Source: an uncultured Clostridia bacterium
GTDB lineage: Bacteria > Bacillota > Clostridia > Christensenellales > UBA1242
Assembly (NCBI GenBank): GCA_944383915.1
Contig: CALWRJ010000010.1
Location: forward strand, 73,178 to 137,177
DNA length: 64,000 bases
Direction of reading: 5' to 3'
The notes below the pieces were generated by a model that was not told the DNA's origin, did not search any database, and saw only the letters and a list, made by a program, of their open reading frames with translations. This document shows, one piece after another, positions 38,272 through 46,306 of this stretch (positions within the stretch are counted from its first letter, which is position 1; each line of letters begins with the position of its first letter). The position numbers and the translations under genes are program-made.

Positions 38272-40512
38272 TTATTTATTATTTATAAAGCGCAAATCAA
38301 TTAAGTTTCTTGTTGCTTGGCGTTTGTCTATTAATTTATTAGAAAATAGGGTAAAATAGCAAGAGGAAATAGTGTGCCTAAATATATTGTATTCGCGTCC
38401 ATCATTTCCTACAAATTTTAAATTTTTGCTAAATTTACAGTTTTTACACGAATTTTTAAATAGCGTTTTAAAAGGGCAGTGGGCAAAGGACATAAGCGAG
38501 TGTTTGCCAAAAGTTAATTGATAAAAGTTTTCGCTAGGAGATTTTCTTTCTTTGCTCCAAATTATTTCACTAACTCCTAAATTTGATAAAATATTAGCGT
38601 CTAAAATATTGTAAACATTCATTCCTAATCCTGCAATAATATTGCGGTTAGTTTTAGTATAAATTAGTCCCGATAAATTATTAATTACTAGACTAAAATC
38701 TGCTGGCAATTTTTCTATTATTTTATTTAAAATTTTAATATCTTTTCCGTTTGATATAATAGGGAGTTCAAGCGCAAAATTTGCTGTATTTTTTATAAAA
38801 TTTTCTTTAATTTTTAGTATTTTCTCTAAGTTGTAACTCAGAGGGTTAATAATTACCAAATCGTTATTCGTGATTTCGCTAATAGGTGAAAGATTATTTT
38901 CATTCACTACATACATATTATTATATTTACGAGCAAATTTTTGTTGCATAGTACCTAAAAAATGTTGCATAGTACTGAATTTTTGGGTATTTTCTGCACT
39001 TTTTATGTTATTTTCATATTTTTCAATTATATCTTGTCTTAACTGCATAGCATCATCACGGCGTGCTTGATTTAATATAGATTTTGGAATAAATAAATTT
39101 TGGGCGGTTATTTTTGCGTTTTCTAAAACAAAATCAGTATCATTAAGTTTGTTAATTTGTGTTAAAATTTCATCTTGCGAAGTGGGTGAATTTTGTGCTC
39201 TTGAAACTATATAATCACTTGTGATTTTTGCGCTAATTTTTCCATCTTTTGTTGTATATAAAAACTCTAATGTAAAGGGCTTATTTTCTTGTGCGTCAAA
39301 AACGCAATCAATACCTAATTTTTTTGAATTACTTAACAAATTTTCCTCAAAAAATTTATCTAGTGTGCGGTATACCGTATAGTTTTGTTTTACTCGCGTT
39401 TTGGAGTATATATTATAGCGATTATCATCTATTTTTTCGATATTTCCGACACCTAAACTTGCGCGTTCATTCTCTTGCTTGTCTAAAAATTTTAAGCCGT
39501 CACCAGAGTGAATTTCTGTATTGAGTTTTAGTGTAATTTTAAATAAATCTTTAAATGGTGTGATTTTTTCTACAAAGCCTATTTTTTCACCTAAATGATT
39601 TTGGATAGTAGGATTAATAATATTATCGGGTGTGCCAGAATCTAGATATGCGCGTTTATTATATTCGCCACGGGCAAAAACTTTCTTTAAAACATTAATT
39701 TCAGTGTTAAAATTGATTTTTTCGTTATTTTTTAGGGCATCAACAGCAAATCGATAACTTTTCACGCTTTGAGCAACATAAGCGGGTCGGCGTAAGCGCC
39801 CTTCTATTTTTAGACTATCAACGCCGGCATTTTTTAATTCTGCTAAATTTTCAATTAAACATAAATCACGCGCGGAGAGCAAGAACCCTGTGCCGATTTT
39901 TTTATTGTCAATGTAGGCAGTATAGGGGAGTCGGCAAAGTTGTAGACATTGTCCGCGGTTTCCGCTTTTGTCGTGTTCGAGTGCGCTGAGATAACAATTT
40001 CCGCTAAAAGCAACGCAAAGTGCGCCTTGCACAAAATACTCAATTTCAAGCCCTGTTTCCTTCTTTATTGCGCGAATGTCATCTAACTTTGTTTCTCTCG
40101 AAAGTACTACGCGAGTAAAACCAAGTTCTTTTGCTATTTTTGCTCCTTCAACATTATGGATACCCAATTGTGTACTTGCGTGAATTTCAACATTATCAAA
40201 AGCATCGCGTAAAATATTTGCTACCGCCAAATCTTGTACGATAAACGCATCTGCTCGTGCTTGTATGCATTTTTTAGCAAATTCAAGAAAAGATGGTATT
40301 TCATCATCTTTTAGTAAAGTATTTGTAGTAATGTATACCTTTACGCCGAAAAGGTGGGCGCGCTCAATAAAGAAACGAATATTTTCTAAATTAAAAAAAG
40401 TTGCTTTTGCGCGTGCGTTAAAATCGCCGAGCCCTAAATAAATAGCATCTGCACCATTATTTATTGCGGCTTCAAAACTTTCACCATCGCCACAGGGCGC
40501 TAAAACTTCCAT
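38272..40512 (-). CDS. U32-family peptidase (long form)
   Basis: MEVLAPCGD..., E..VQGALCVAFSGNCYLS, LKIEGRLRRPAYV motifs of peptidase U32. Confidence 0.88.
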   Translation of the reverse strand: MEVLAPCGDGESFEAAINNGADAIYLGLGDFNARAKATFFNLENIRFFIERAHLFGVKVYITTNTLLKDDEIPSFLEFAKKCIQARADAFIVQDLAVANILRDAFDNVEIHASTQLGIHNVEGAKIAKELGFTRVVLSRETKLDDIRAIKKETGLEIEYFVQGALCVAFSGNCYLSALEHDKSGNRGQCLQLCRLPYTAYIDNKKIGTGFLLSARDLCLIENLAELKNAGVDSLKIEGRLRRPAYVAQSVKSYRFAVDALKNNEKINFNTEINVLKKVFARGEYNKRAYLDSGTPDNIINPTIQNHLGEKIGFVEKITPFKDLFKITLKLNTEIHSGDGLKFLDKQENERASLGVGNIEKIDDNRYNIYSKTRVKQNYTVYRTLDKFFEENLLSNSKKLGIDCVFDAQENKPFTLEFLYTTKDGKISAKITSDYIVSRAQNSPTSQDEILTQINKLNDTDFVLENAKITAQNLFIPKSILNQARRDDAMQLRQDIIEKYENNIKSAENTQKFSTMQHFLGTMQQKFARKYNNMYVVNENNLSPISEITNNDLVIINPLSYNLEKILKIKENFIKNTANFALELPIISNGKDIKILNKIIEKLPADFSLVINNLSGLIYTKTNRNIIAGLGMNVYNILDANILSNLGVSEIIWSKERKSPSENFYQLTFGKHSLMSFAHCPFKTLFKNSCKNCKFSKNLKFVGNDGREYNIFRHTISSCYFTLFSNKLIDKRQATRNLIDLRFINNK

Positions 40513-40692
40513 AATATCACCACTTCTTTTTTGTTAATTTTATCAAATTTAAGCAAAATTGTCAAATTTTTAATTTTCGGTGGTTTTGTCTATTTTTCTA
40601 TATTTAATTTATTTAGGGATATTATAAACCTTATATTTTTAAATTAAATAATTCTATTGTATTTAAAAATGCCCTAATCGAATTGTTTTTAA

Positions 40693-40727
40693 CGCATAAT
40701 ACTATGCATAATACCTATGCATAGTAC
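40693..40727. repeat. second copy of the 35-bp triple TGCATARTAC element
   Basis: cgcataatac-tatgcataatacc-tatgcatagtac, about 180-215 bp upstream of the U32 peptidase start. Confidence 0.8.
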
Positions 40728-40931
40728 TTAAGTTTTTATAAAAATAAATTAAAAATTAATAAAAATATTAAAAAATAAGCAAAATTTCTATGATTATGTT
40801 TTTGTTTGATAAATTTTTATATAAATAAATTTTATTTTTTTGATTTTAATAAAATTAAAAAAAATAACAAAAACAAGCAATTAATTAAAATAAAAACCAC
40901 TTTATTTTTGACTAAATAAAGTGGCAAAAAA

Positions 40932-41420
40932 TTAATTGTAACTTTTGTCGTAGTTTTCTCTTTTTTCAATATTATCTTTGTGTTGTTCGACTATTTCGTT
41001 GTATTCGGTTTCTTTCTTTTCATATTGTTCTATAGAATAATCGTGAAATAAAATACAATTTTTTTGAGCGCGTCTTGTATAAATATATCCGCCAGCAACA
41101 ATGCACGCAGAAGCGCCAAGAAAAGCAGTATTTAAAATGGGGGAGGTATTAGAAAGTAAATCTCTTGTTAAATTAACTGCACTTATGATACCTGCTCCAA
41201 TTCCTGTGCTTGCGGTTAATAAATTCATAAATTTTAAATATTGAAGCGCCAAACTGCAATTGTTTATATTATTTTGCAAGGCTTCTTTTTCGTTTTCTAA
41301 TTCATCCAATTTGTCATCATTGATATAAAAAAGTCTGTTATTTACGAACATCGCGCGGTATTTAGTTTCATTAGTTTCCGTGTTTTCGTATTCATCGTCA
41401 TAATCGTCAAAAGATTCCAT
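40932..41420 (-). CDS. hypothetical protein with central TM hairpin
   Basis: AGGAG RBS. Acidic N-terminus, G/A-rich hydrophobic core. Confidence 0.5.
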   Translation of the reverse strand: MESFDDYDDEYENTETNETKYRAMFVNNRLFYINDDKLDELENEKEALQNNINNCSLALQYLKFMNLLTASTGIGAGIISAVNLTRDLLSNTSPILNTAFLGASACIVAGGYIYTRRAQKNCILFHDYSIEQYEKKETEYNEIVEQHKDNIEKRENYDKSYN

Positions 41421-41672
41421 AATAAACTCCTATGGTTTGTTGTTGATTGAATTATATCATAAGATAATCAATTTTGCAATAGCGAATATAAAATTAGATG
41501 ATTTTTATTTTTCGATAAAAAACGAAAGTAAGGATAGATTATTAATTGCATTGCTCTTTTAAAATTTTTAATTTAACTAATTTTTTTATTTTAAATTATT
41601 GACAAACATTATAAAAAGTACTATACTAAATAAGTATCTACAAAAAGGTACTATCTTTATTATACATTATAT

Positions 41673-41706
41673 GCGCCATTAGCTTTAGTTGATAGAGCGT
41701 TGGTCT
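41673..41706 (+). pseudogene. 5'-half copy of tRNA-Arg (acceptor 5' strand, D arm, 5' anticodon stem)
   Basis: gcgccattagctttagttgatagagcgttggtct matches nt 1-34 of the intact tRNA at 41877 except in the D loop. No matching 3' half follows. Confidence 0.6.
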
Positions 41707-41876
41707 AAGACAAGCAAGGAGATGATCGAACCGCTTGCGGATTCGAAAATCGGGCTTGCGCAGTCGCCTTGGTAATATGAATCTTTTGCGAAGCAAAGGT
41801 GCGTAGCATCCATATTACCAAGACAGGAACCTTTGGTTCCGTACAAGTTTATTTTTTACAACTGAATAGTATTTAT

Positions 41877-41953
41877 GCGCCATTAGCTCAATTGGATAGA
41901 GCGTTGGTCTACGGAACCAAAGGTTGGGGATTCGAGCTCCTCATGGCGCACCA
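41877..41953 (+). tRNA. tRNA-Arg (anticodon ACG), CCA encoded
   Basis: Cloverleaf folded by hand: GCGCCAT/ATGGCGC acceptor, GCTC/GAGC D stem, TTGGT-CTACGGA-ACCAA anticodon arm, GGGGA-TTCGAGC-TCCTC T arm. Confidence 0.9.
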
Positions 41954-41958
41954 AAGAA

Positions 41959-41991
41959 AGTGTATGCCTAATTTATGGCATACACTTTTTG
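41959..41991 (+). terminator. rho-independent terminator after the tRNA
   Basis: agtgtatgcc / ggcatacact stem plus a T-run. Confidence 0.7.
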
Positions 41992-42175
41992 TTTTGTGTT
42001 GTTGTCGCTTGAATCCTGTTGGGGATTTGGTCCTTTCGGACACGAACCGCGAGCAAGTTGCTCCCACCTTTCGTTAAAAAGCATATAATGTAACAAAATT
42101 AGAAAAGTGAAAAGTAAAACAAATTTTGCTAATTTTATAGTTTTTGAAAATTTTTGGTTATTTGTGTAAATTTGA

Positions 42176-42206
42176 TTGACTTGGAGTGTACTCCAGGTGG
42201 TAAAAT
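42176..42206 (+). promoter_or_regulatory. MerR-type promoter with 19-bp spacer containing a palindromic operator
   Basis: TTGACT, then a 19-nt spacer tggagtgtactccaggtgg holding the inverted repeat TGGAGT/ACTCCA, then TAAAAT. Lies 28 nt upstream of the merR-like start. Confidence 0.6.
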
Positions 42207-42233
42207 TAGTGGCAAAGGAGGTCGAAAACTAAA

Positions 42234-42623
42234 ATGAATATAAGTGAAGTGAGCAAAACTTGCGGAGTTTCGCAAGACACTTTGCGGTACTATGAAAAAG
42301 TTGGGTTGATTAATCCCGTGCCAAAAAAGAACGGCAAGCGCGACTACGGTCAACGCGATTTGGACAACATAAATTTTATATTATGTATGCGAAGTGCTGG
42401 GCTTTCGATTGAGATTTTAAAGGAATACATTTCGCTAACTCGCGAAGGTGACGGCACGGCTGAGCGTAGAAGGGAAATTTTGATTGAACAACGGGATAGA
42501 CTCAAAGAGAAAATTAAGGAAATGCAAGATGCTTGCAAAAAACTTGATTACAAAATTGATGTTTACTACACAAAAATGCTGTCTAGTGAACAAAAATTTT
42601 TAAAAGGAGAAGGGCATGAGTAA
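42234..42623 (+). CDS. MerR-family transcriptional regulator
   Basis: MNISEVSKTCGVSQDTLRYYEKVGLI HTH plus a coiled-coil dimerisation helix. Confidence 0.9.
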   Translation: MNISEVSKTCGVSQDTLRYYEKVGLINPVPKKNGKRDYGQRDLDNINFILCMRSAGLSIEILKEYISLTREGDGTAERRREILIEQRDRLKEKIKEMQDACKKLDYKIDVYYTKMLSSEQKFLKGEGHE

Positions 42624-43128
42624 AGTTTTAGTTGTTTATTTCTCGCGTGCTGGGCAAAATTACACTACTCACGGACTACAAAATTTGCAAAAAGGCAATA
42701 CTGAAATTGTGGCTGAAAAAATCGCAAAATTTTTAGGCGCGGACTTGTTTAAACTCGAAACAGAGCGCTCATATAGTACGGAGTATTATGCTTGTTGTGA
42801 TGAGGCAAAAGAGGAGCAGAACAACGATGCGCGCCCAGCACTAAAAAGCGTGCCAGATATTTCAAGTTTCGATACAATCATTTTGGGGTATCCAAATTGG
42901 TGGGGCACGATGCCAATGGCTGTTTGGACATTTTTGGATAGCGTTGACACGAGTGGGAAAACTATTTATCCATTCTGCACAAATGAAGGTAGCGGAATGG
43001 GGCGTAGTGCTAGTGATTTAGCGAAACTTGCTCCCAGCGCAAACATCCAAAAGGGCTTGGCAATCATTGGTTCTCACGCAAATGAAGCGGACGAAATGAT
43101 AAAAAATTGGCTAAAAGATTTGGCATAA
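42616..43128 (+). CDS. flavodoxin-like protein (Flavodoxin_4 type)
   Basis: KVLVVYFSRAGQNY...ILGYPNWWGTMP pattern. 8-nt overlap with the merR-like gene. Confidence 0.85.
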   Translation: MSKVLVVYFSRAGQNYTTHGLQNLQKGNTEIVAEKIAKFLGADLFKLETERSYSTEYYACCDEAKEEQNNDARPALKSVPDISSFDTIILGYPNWWGTMPMAVWTFLDSVDTSGKTIYPFCTNEGSGMGRSASDLAKLAPSANIQKGLAIIGSHANEADEMIKNWLKDLA

Positions 43129-43255
43129 TTTAAATTAATTTTCAGCATATTTTAATATTTTAGGAAATTTTTAGCCATTTTTCTATATATTAAGTTTTTC
43201 AAAAATTTATAAATAAATATTAGGGCTATTGATATTATTAAAAGATTAGAAAAGT

Positions 43256-43317
43256 TTAAGGAGTTATTACTTAAAATATTATAACTAGGTATTCCAGCCA
43301 TAATTCAAAATTCAAAA
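43256..43317. repeat. left arm of a 62-bp perfect inverted repeat (mosaic-element copy, minus orientation)
   Basis: ttaaggagttattacttaaaatattataactaggtattccagccataattcaaaattcaaaa is the exact reverse complement of 45938-45999. Confidence 0.85.
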
Positions 43318-43456
43318 ACCTAATTCAAAACTAAGCAAAGCCGAACAGCAAAGCGTAAAGTTCATAGCGTAAGAAAGGCTTTGTTTTTTTATTTTTTCAG
43401 TGCAAACACTTGCTTAATATTACTCATTTTTTGTATAATAGATTAGAGGTTGTGTT

Positions 43457-43594
43457 ATGTGTCTATTTAGATTATTAAAAATTTTTATACCTATTGCAAT
43501 AATTGGTGTTGTGGTGTATTTTGTGTTTTTCTTTGATACATCGCAAACTGATGAAAGCGCAGAGGCGCTATTGCATTTAAATTCTATTTTTTAG
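43457..43594 (+). CDS. candidate 45-aa small membrane protein
   Basis: AGAGG RBS 7 nt upstream. MCLFRLLKIFIPIAIIGVVVYFVFFFDTSQ... has one TM. Stop is 9 nt before the next gene. Confidence 0.4.
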   Translation: MCLFRLLKIFIPIAIIGVVVYFVFFFDTSQTDESAEALLHLNSIF

Positions 43595-43603
43595 AGGTGA
43601 GTA

Positions 43604-44227
43604 ATGCAAGAAAATGAAGATTTAGAACAAAATAACGAAAGTCAAAAAGATTCGCAAGAATCTCAAGCGAGTGCGAATTTAGATGAATCTAATAGACAAC
43701 AGGCAAAAGGTGCAACTACTCTAGAATCGGAGCAAAGTGCTCAAGAAACAGATATGAGTGGCAAGCGCAGTAATCCTATAAAAGAAGCGCAAAAGCGCCG
43801 AGAATTAAAAAAAGCAAAGAAAACGACTATGAAAACTTTGCGTAAGAACCCTTATCGCAAAAATCAAATTATTTTACGAAAGGCTGAAAATCAAGCAAAG
43901 GAGAATCCTCAACTTCGGTCTAATTTAAAAAATTTTAAAGATAAGGTAAGACAGCGTGAACAACTTGGACCTAAGATTCGTGAAGCAAATGATATTGAAC
44001 AATTAAATGAATCAAAAAATGAACTAGAAAAAGAGGACAACAAACTACAAAATATGTCTCAACCTATAAAACTTATGATGTTCCTAGAGGATATGAAAAA
44101 TGTCTTTTCTGGTCCAAAGGGTTGGGTGAAAGGTTGTAAGGGGTGTTTTTCTAACTATTGTATAATGCTTTGCGTTATAGGAAGCGGTGTGTTGACAGGT
44201 ATCCTAGCGCTTACAGGGGTGTTTTAG
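43604..44227 (+). CDS. hypothetical tail-anchored protein (Q/E/K-rich, C-terminal TM)
   Basis: AGAGGTGA RBS. Disordered body, Cys-rich juxtamembrane segment (GCKGCFSNYC) and a terminal TM. Confidence 0.55.
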   Translation: MQENEDLEQNNESQKDSQESQASANLDESNRQQAKGATTLESEQSAQETDMSGKRSNPIKEAQKRRELKKAKKTTMKTLRKNPYRKNQIILRKAENQAKENPQLRSNLKNFKDKVRQREQLGPKIREANDIEQLNESKNELEKEDNKLQNMSQPIKLMMFLEDMKNVFSGPKGWVKGCKGCFSNYCIMLCVIGSGVLTGILALTGVF

Positions 44228-44230
44228 TTA

Positions 44231-45052
44231 ATGGCTAAATTAAAAAACAAAAAAGGTTGCTTAAAATATGGTATTTTGTTTCTTGTGGCTTTTGTAATTG
44301 TTGCGGTTGTGGCAGTTATTTTGATACTTAATAGTCTAAATAATCAAGAAACTTTTAATACGCGTTTAACCGAACTTTTGTGTAGGGAATATACTCCGCC
44401 AACAAATATGGTTGACGAGTACGCGGTTACATCTTTTAACAACAAAATTTCTACCACGGTTAGCGCACTTGACGGCGAGCCGTTGGTTGTGAATAATGTG
44501 CTTGATGTGGCGAGATTTGTTTCGAATAATATTGTTTTTCGCAGTCAGTTAGTGTTAAATAGATACGATATTGCAGTTTTTGTAAATGATTTTTTTGCGA
44601 ATCAAAATGTTGGTGATAGCGAAATAAATTCGGCTTTTAGCCTTGTAAATTTAGATATAGATTATCAAGTTGAGTCAATGCGCAGGATAGTTTACAGGGC
44701 TACTTTTCAAGTTGAGTTGGATAAAATGCTAACACTTCCCGTTAATAAATCGCAAGCGCCAGAATATATGTATCTAACTTTAAGTGCTACATACAATCTA
44801 GATGCGCAGACGCAGAACGCGATTGAAAGTGCTAGTTTAAGCGTAAATGGGCTTTGGGGTGATGATAACACTTATGCGGTAGAACAAATTTTAGCAGTGT
44901 TTGATAAAACAACGAATGATATAGCAGGCTTTGCGCGTGCGCCTTTTGAATATATAACAAGGCAGTGTCAGGTGTGGGGCGTAATATTTGGTGTAGAAAA
45001 AGATAGTTTAGACAATACTTTGTTTACTTTTGGTTATAGAACAGGTGATTAA
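44231..45052 (+). CDS. hypothetical N-terminally anchored extracytoplasmic protein
   Basis: Signal-anchor LKYGILFLVAFVIVAVVAVILIL. Starts 3 nt after the previous gene. Confidence 0.55.
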   Translation: MAKLKNKKGCLKYGILFLVAFVIVAVVAVILILNSLNNQETFNTRLTELLCREYTPPTNMVDEYAVTSFNNKISTTVSALDGEPLVVNNVLDVARFVSNNIVFRSQLVLNRYDIAVFVNDFFANQNVGDSEINSAFSLVNLDIDYQVESMRRIVYRATFQVELDKMLTLPVNKSQAPEYMYLTLSATYNLDAQTQNAIESASLSVNGLWGDDNTYAVEQILAVFDKTTNDIAGFARAPFEYITRQCQVWGVIFGVEKDSLDNTLFTFGYRTGD

Positions 45053-45682
45053 ATGCAAAATGATTTATACGAAATTTTATCTAAAAAAGATGTTTTTTTA
45101 ATGGATTTTGACGGTACAATAGCGGACACCGAACCGCTAAATTTCCTTACTTTAAAAACTCTACTTAAACGCGATGGGCTCGAATTTACAGACGAGCATT
45201 TTCGCCAAATGGTAGGGAAAAGTGCTTTTGAATATTTAGACCTTATAAATAAAATTTTCGGTACTCATTACACAACCGAAAATGAAGGAAAGTTGTATAT
45301 CGATACTTTTAAGGAAATTGCGCATACTCACGCGCTTCCTGTTTTTAAGTATATTGGTGAATTGCTACAAACTTTCCCTAATAAACGCAAAATTATATTA
45401 TCTAATCAGTCTGATTCTGTTATTAGAGATATTTTGTCCAATTGTGGTATTGTAGATGAATTTGAAAACATTGTTTCGTGTTTTGTAAAGCAAATTAAAA
45501 AGCAAGATTATTATCTTAATACGAAAGAATTTTTAAATGCCGAGCCTGATAAAATTGTTCTTTTTGAGGACTCGCAACGCTACATTGACAATGGCAAAAG
45601 CGCAGGCTTTACTACAATCGGCGTAACAAATATTTATAACGGCGGAAAATTGAAGGCAGATTTAATTATTGAGGGACAATAA
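45053..45682 (+). CDS. HAD-superfamily hydrolase (subfamily IA, phosphatase/beta-phosphoglucomutase-like)
   Basis: DFDGTIADTE motif I. ~210 aa with a cap domain. Confidence 0.85.
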   Translation: MQNDLYEILSKKDVFLMDFDGTIADTEPLNFLTLKTLLKRDGLEFTDEHFRQMVGKSAFEYLDLINKIFGTHYTTENEGKLYIDTFKEIAHTHALPVFKYIGELLQTFPNKRKIILSNQSDSVIRDILSNCGIVDEFENIVSCFVKQIKKQDYYLNTKEFLNAEPDKIVLFEDSQRYIDNGKSAGFTTIGVTNIYNGGKLKADLIIEGQ

Positions 45683-45690
45683 AATTAATA

Positions 45691-46306
45691 AATTAGCAAT
45701 TAGCAATGAGCAATTAGCAGTTGTTGTGCGCGTGCGCGCAAGCCTTTACGCTTCGCCGTTCGGCTACGCGTAAATTAGGAATTAAAAATTAAATTAATTT
45801 TTATCATATTATGCAAAAATTTTTGCAAGTAGCAAAATCTTTTTGCAAGATAAAATTCCGCTACGCGCGGTGCGGCGGGGGTAGAGCCCCCGCTGGCTCA
45901 TTACGCCTTCGGCGAGTACTTTATCGCTATGCTCAAATTTTGAATTTTGAATTATGGCTGGAATACCTAGTTATAATATTTTAAGTAATAACTCCTTAAC
46001 TGCTAATTGCTAATTGCTAATTCTCGCAAAGCGAGTAAGACTGCTAATTGCTAATTGCTAATTCTCGCAAAGCGAGTAAGACTGCTAATTGCTAATTGCC
46101 TTTACGCTTCGCCGTTCGGCTTCGCTTAATTTTGAATTTTGAATTTTGAATTTTGAATTAAGGCTGGAATTATTTAAATATAATATAATTTTATACTCAG
46201 CAATAACTGCTAATTGCTAATTGCTAATTGCTAATTTGCGCTACGCGCATAGGCTTGCGCGCACGCGCCCCGTAATTCCTAATTACTAATTCCTAATTTC
46301 TAATTA
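45691..46306. repeat. mosaic repeat island B (heptamer arrays, triloop hairpins, GC-rich modules, AT-rich cores)
   Basis: Read directly. (AATTAGC)4 at 45691; GC module at 45721-45770; 16-bp palindrome tgcaaaaatttttgca at 45812; three-hairpin module at 45855-45935; (GAATTTT)n at 45936 and 46128; (GCTAATT)n at 46000, 46043, 46084 and 46208; 41-bp tandem units at 46023 and 46064; (TAATTNC)5 at 46273. Confidence 0.9.
45938..45999. repeat. right arm of the 62-bp perfect inverted repeat
   Basis: Exact reverse complement of 43256-43317. Confidence 0.85.

Noticed and set aside
41721-41777. AAGGAG followed directly by ATG opening a 17-codon ORF inside the tRNA-adjacent spacer
   Set aside because: There is zero spacing between the SD-like sequence and the ATG, and the segment is buried in predicted stems. 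It is more likely structural RNA/DNA than a micro-ORF.
41673-41953. Group I intron-containing tRNA-Arg (5' exon at 41673, 3' exon within the downstream tRNA)
   Set aside because: The break point is in the anticodon loop and the size (~200 nt) would fit. However, the putative intron would have to contain a complete second 5' half of the same tRNA, the downstream tRNA is intact on its own, and I cannot identify P1/P7/G-binding elements by eye. I kept it only as something to test with covariance models.
41799-42077. 92-aa plus-strand ORF
   Set aside because: It runs straight through the tRNA-Arg gene and its terminator, so it is not a plausible CDS.
41954-43255. Integrative element inserted at tRNA-Arg
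   Set aside because: There is no integrase, no 3'-tRNA direct repeat downstream, and the adjacent merR-flavodoxin genes look like ordinary chromosomal cargo.
45727-45733. GCGCGTG (the Lactococcus lactis Chi heptamer) embedded in the GC-rich repeat module that flanks the addBA operon
   Set aside because: The module occurs in both orientations (for example 45727, 49706 and 60617 forward; 46250 and 61030 reverse). The Chi sequence of this organism is unknown. Without a genome-wide strand-skew analysis this is coincidence-level.
46000-46099. CRISPR-like array (hairpin repeats separated by ~28-nt segments)
   Set aside because: The 'spacers' are identical low-complexity heptamer runs, the arrays have only 2-3 units, and there is no leader and no cas gene. 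It is a tandem mosaic repeat, not a CRISPR.
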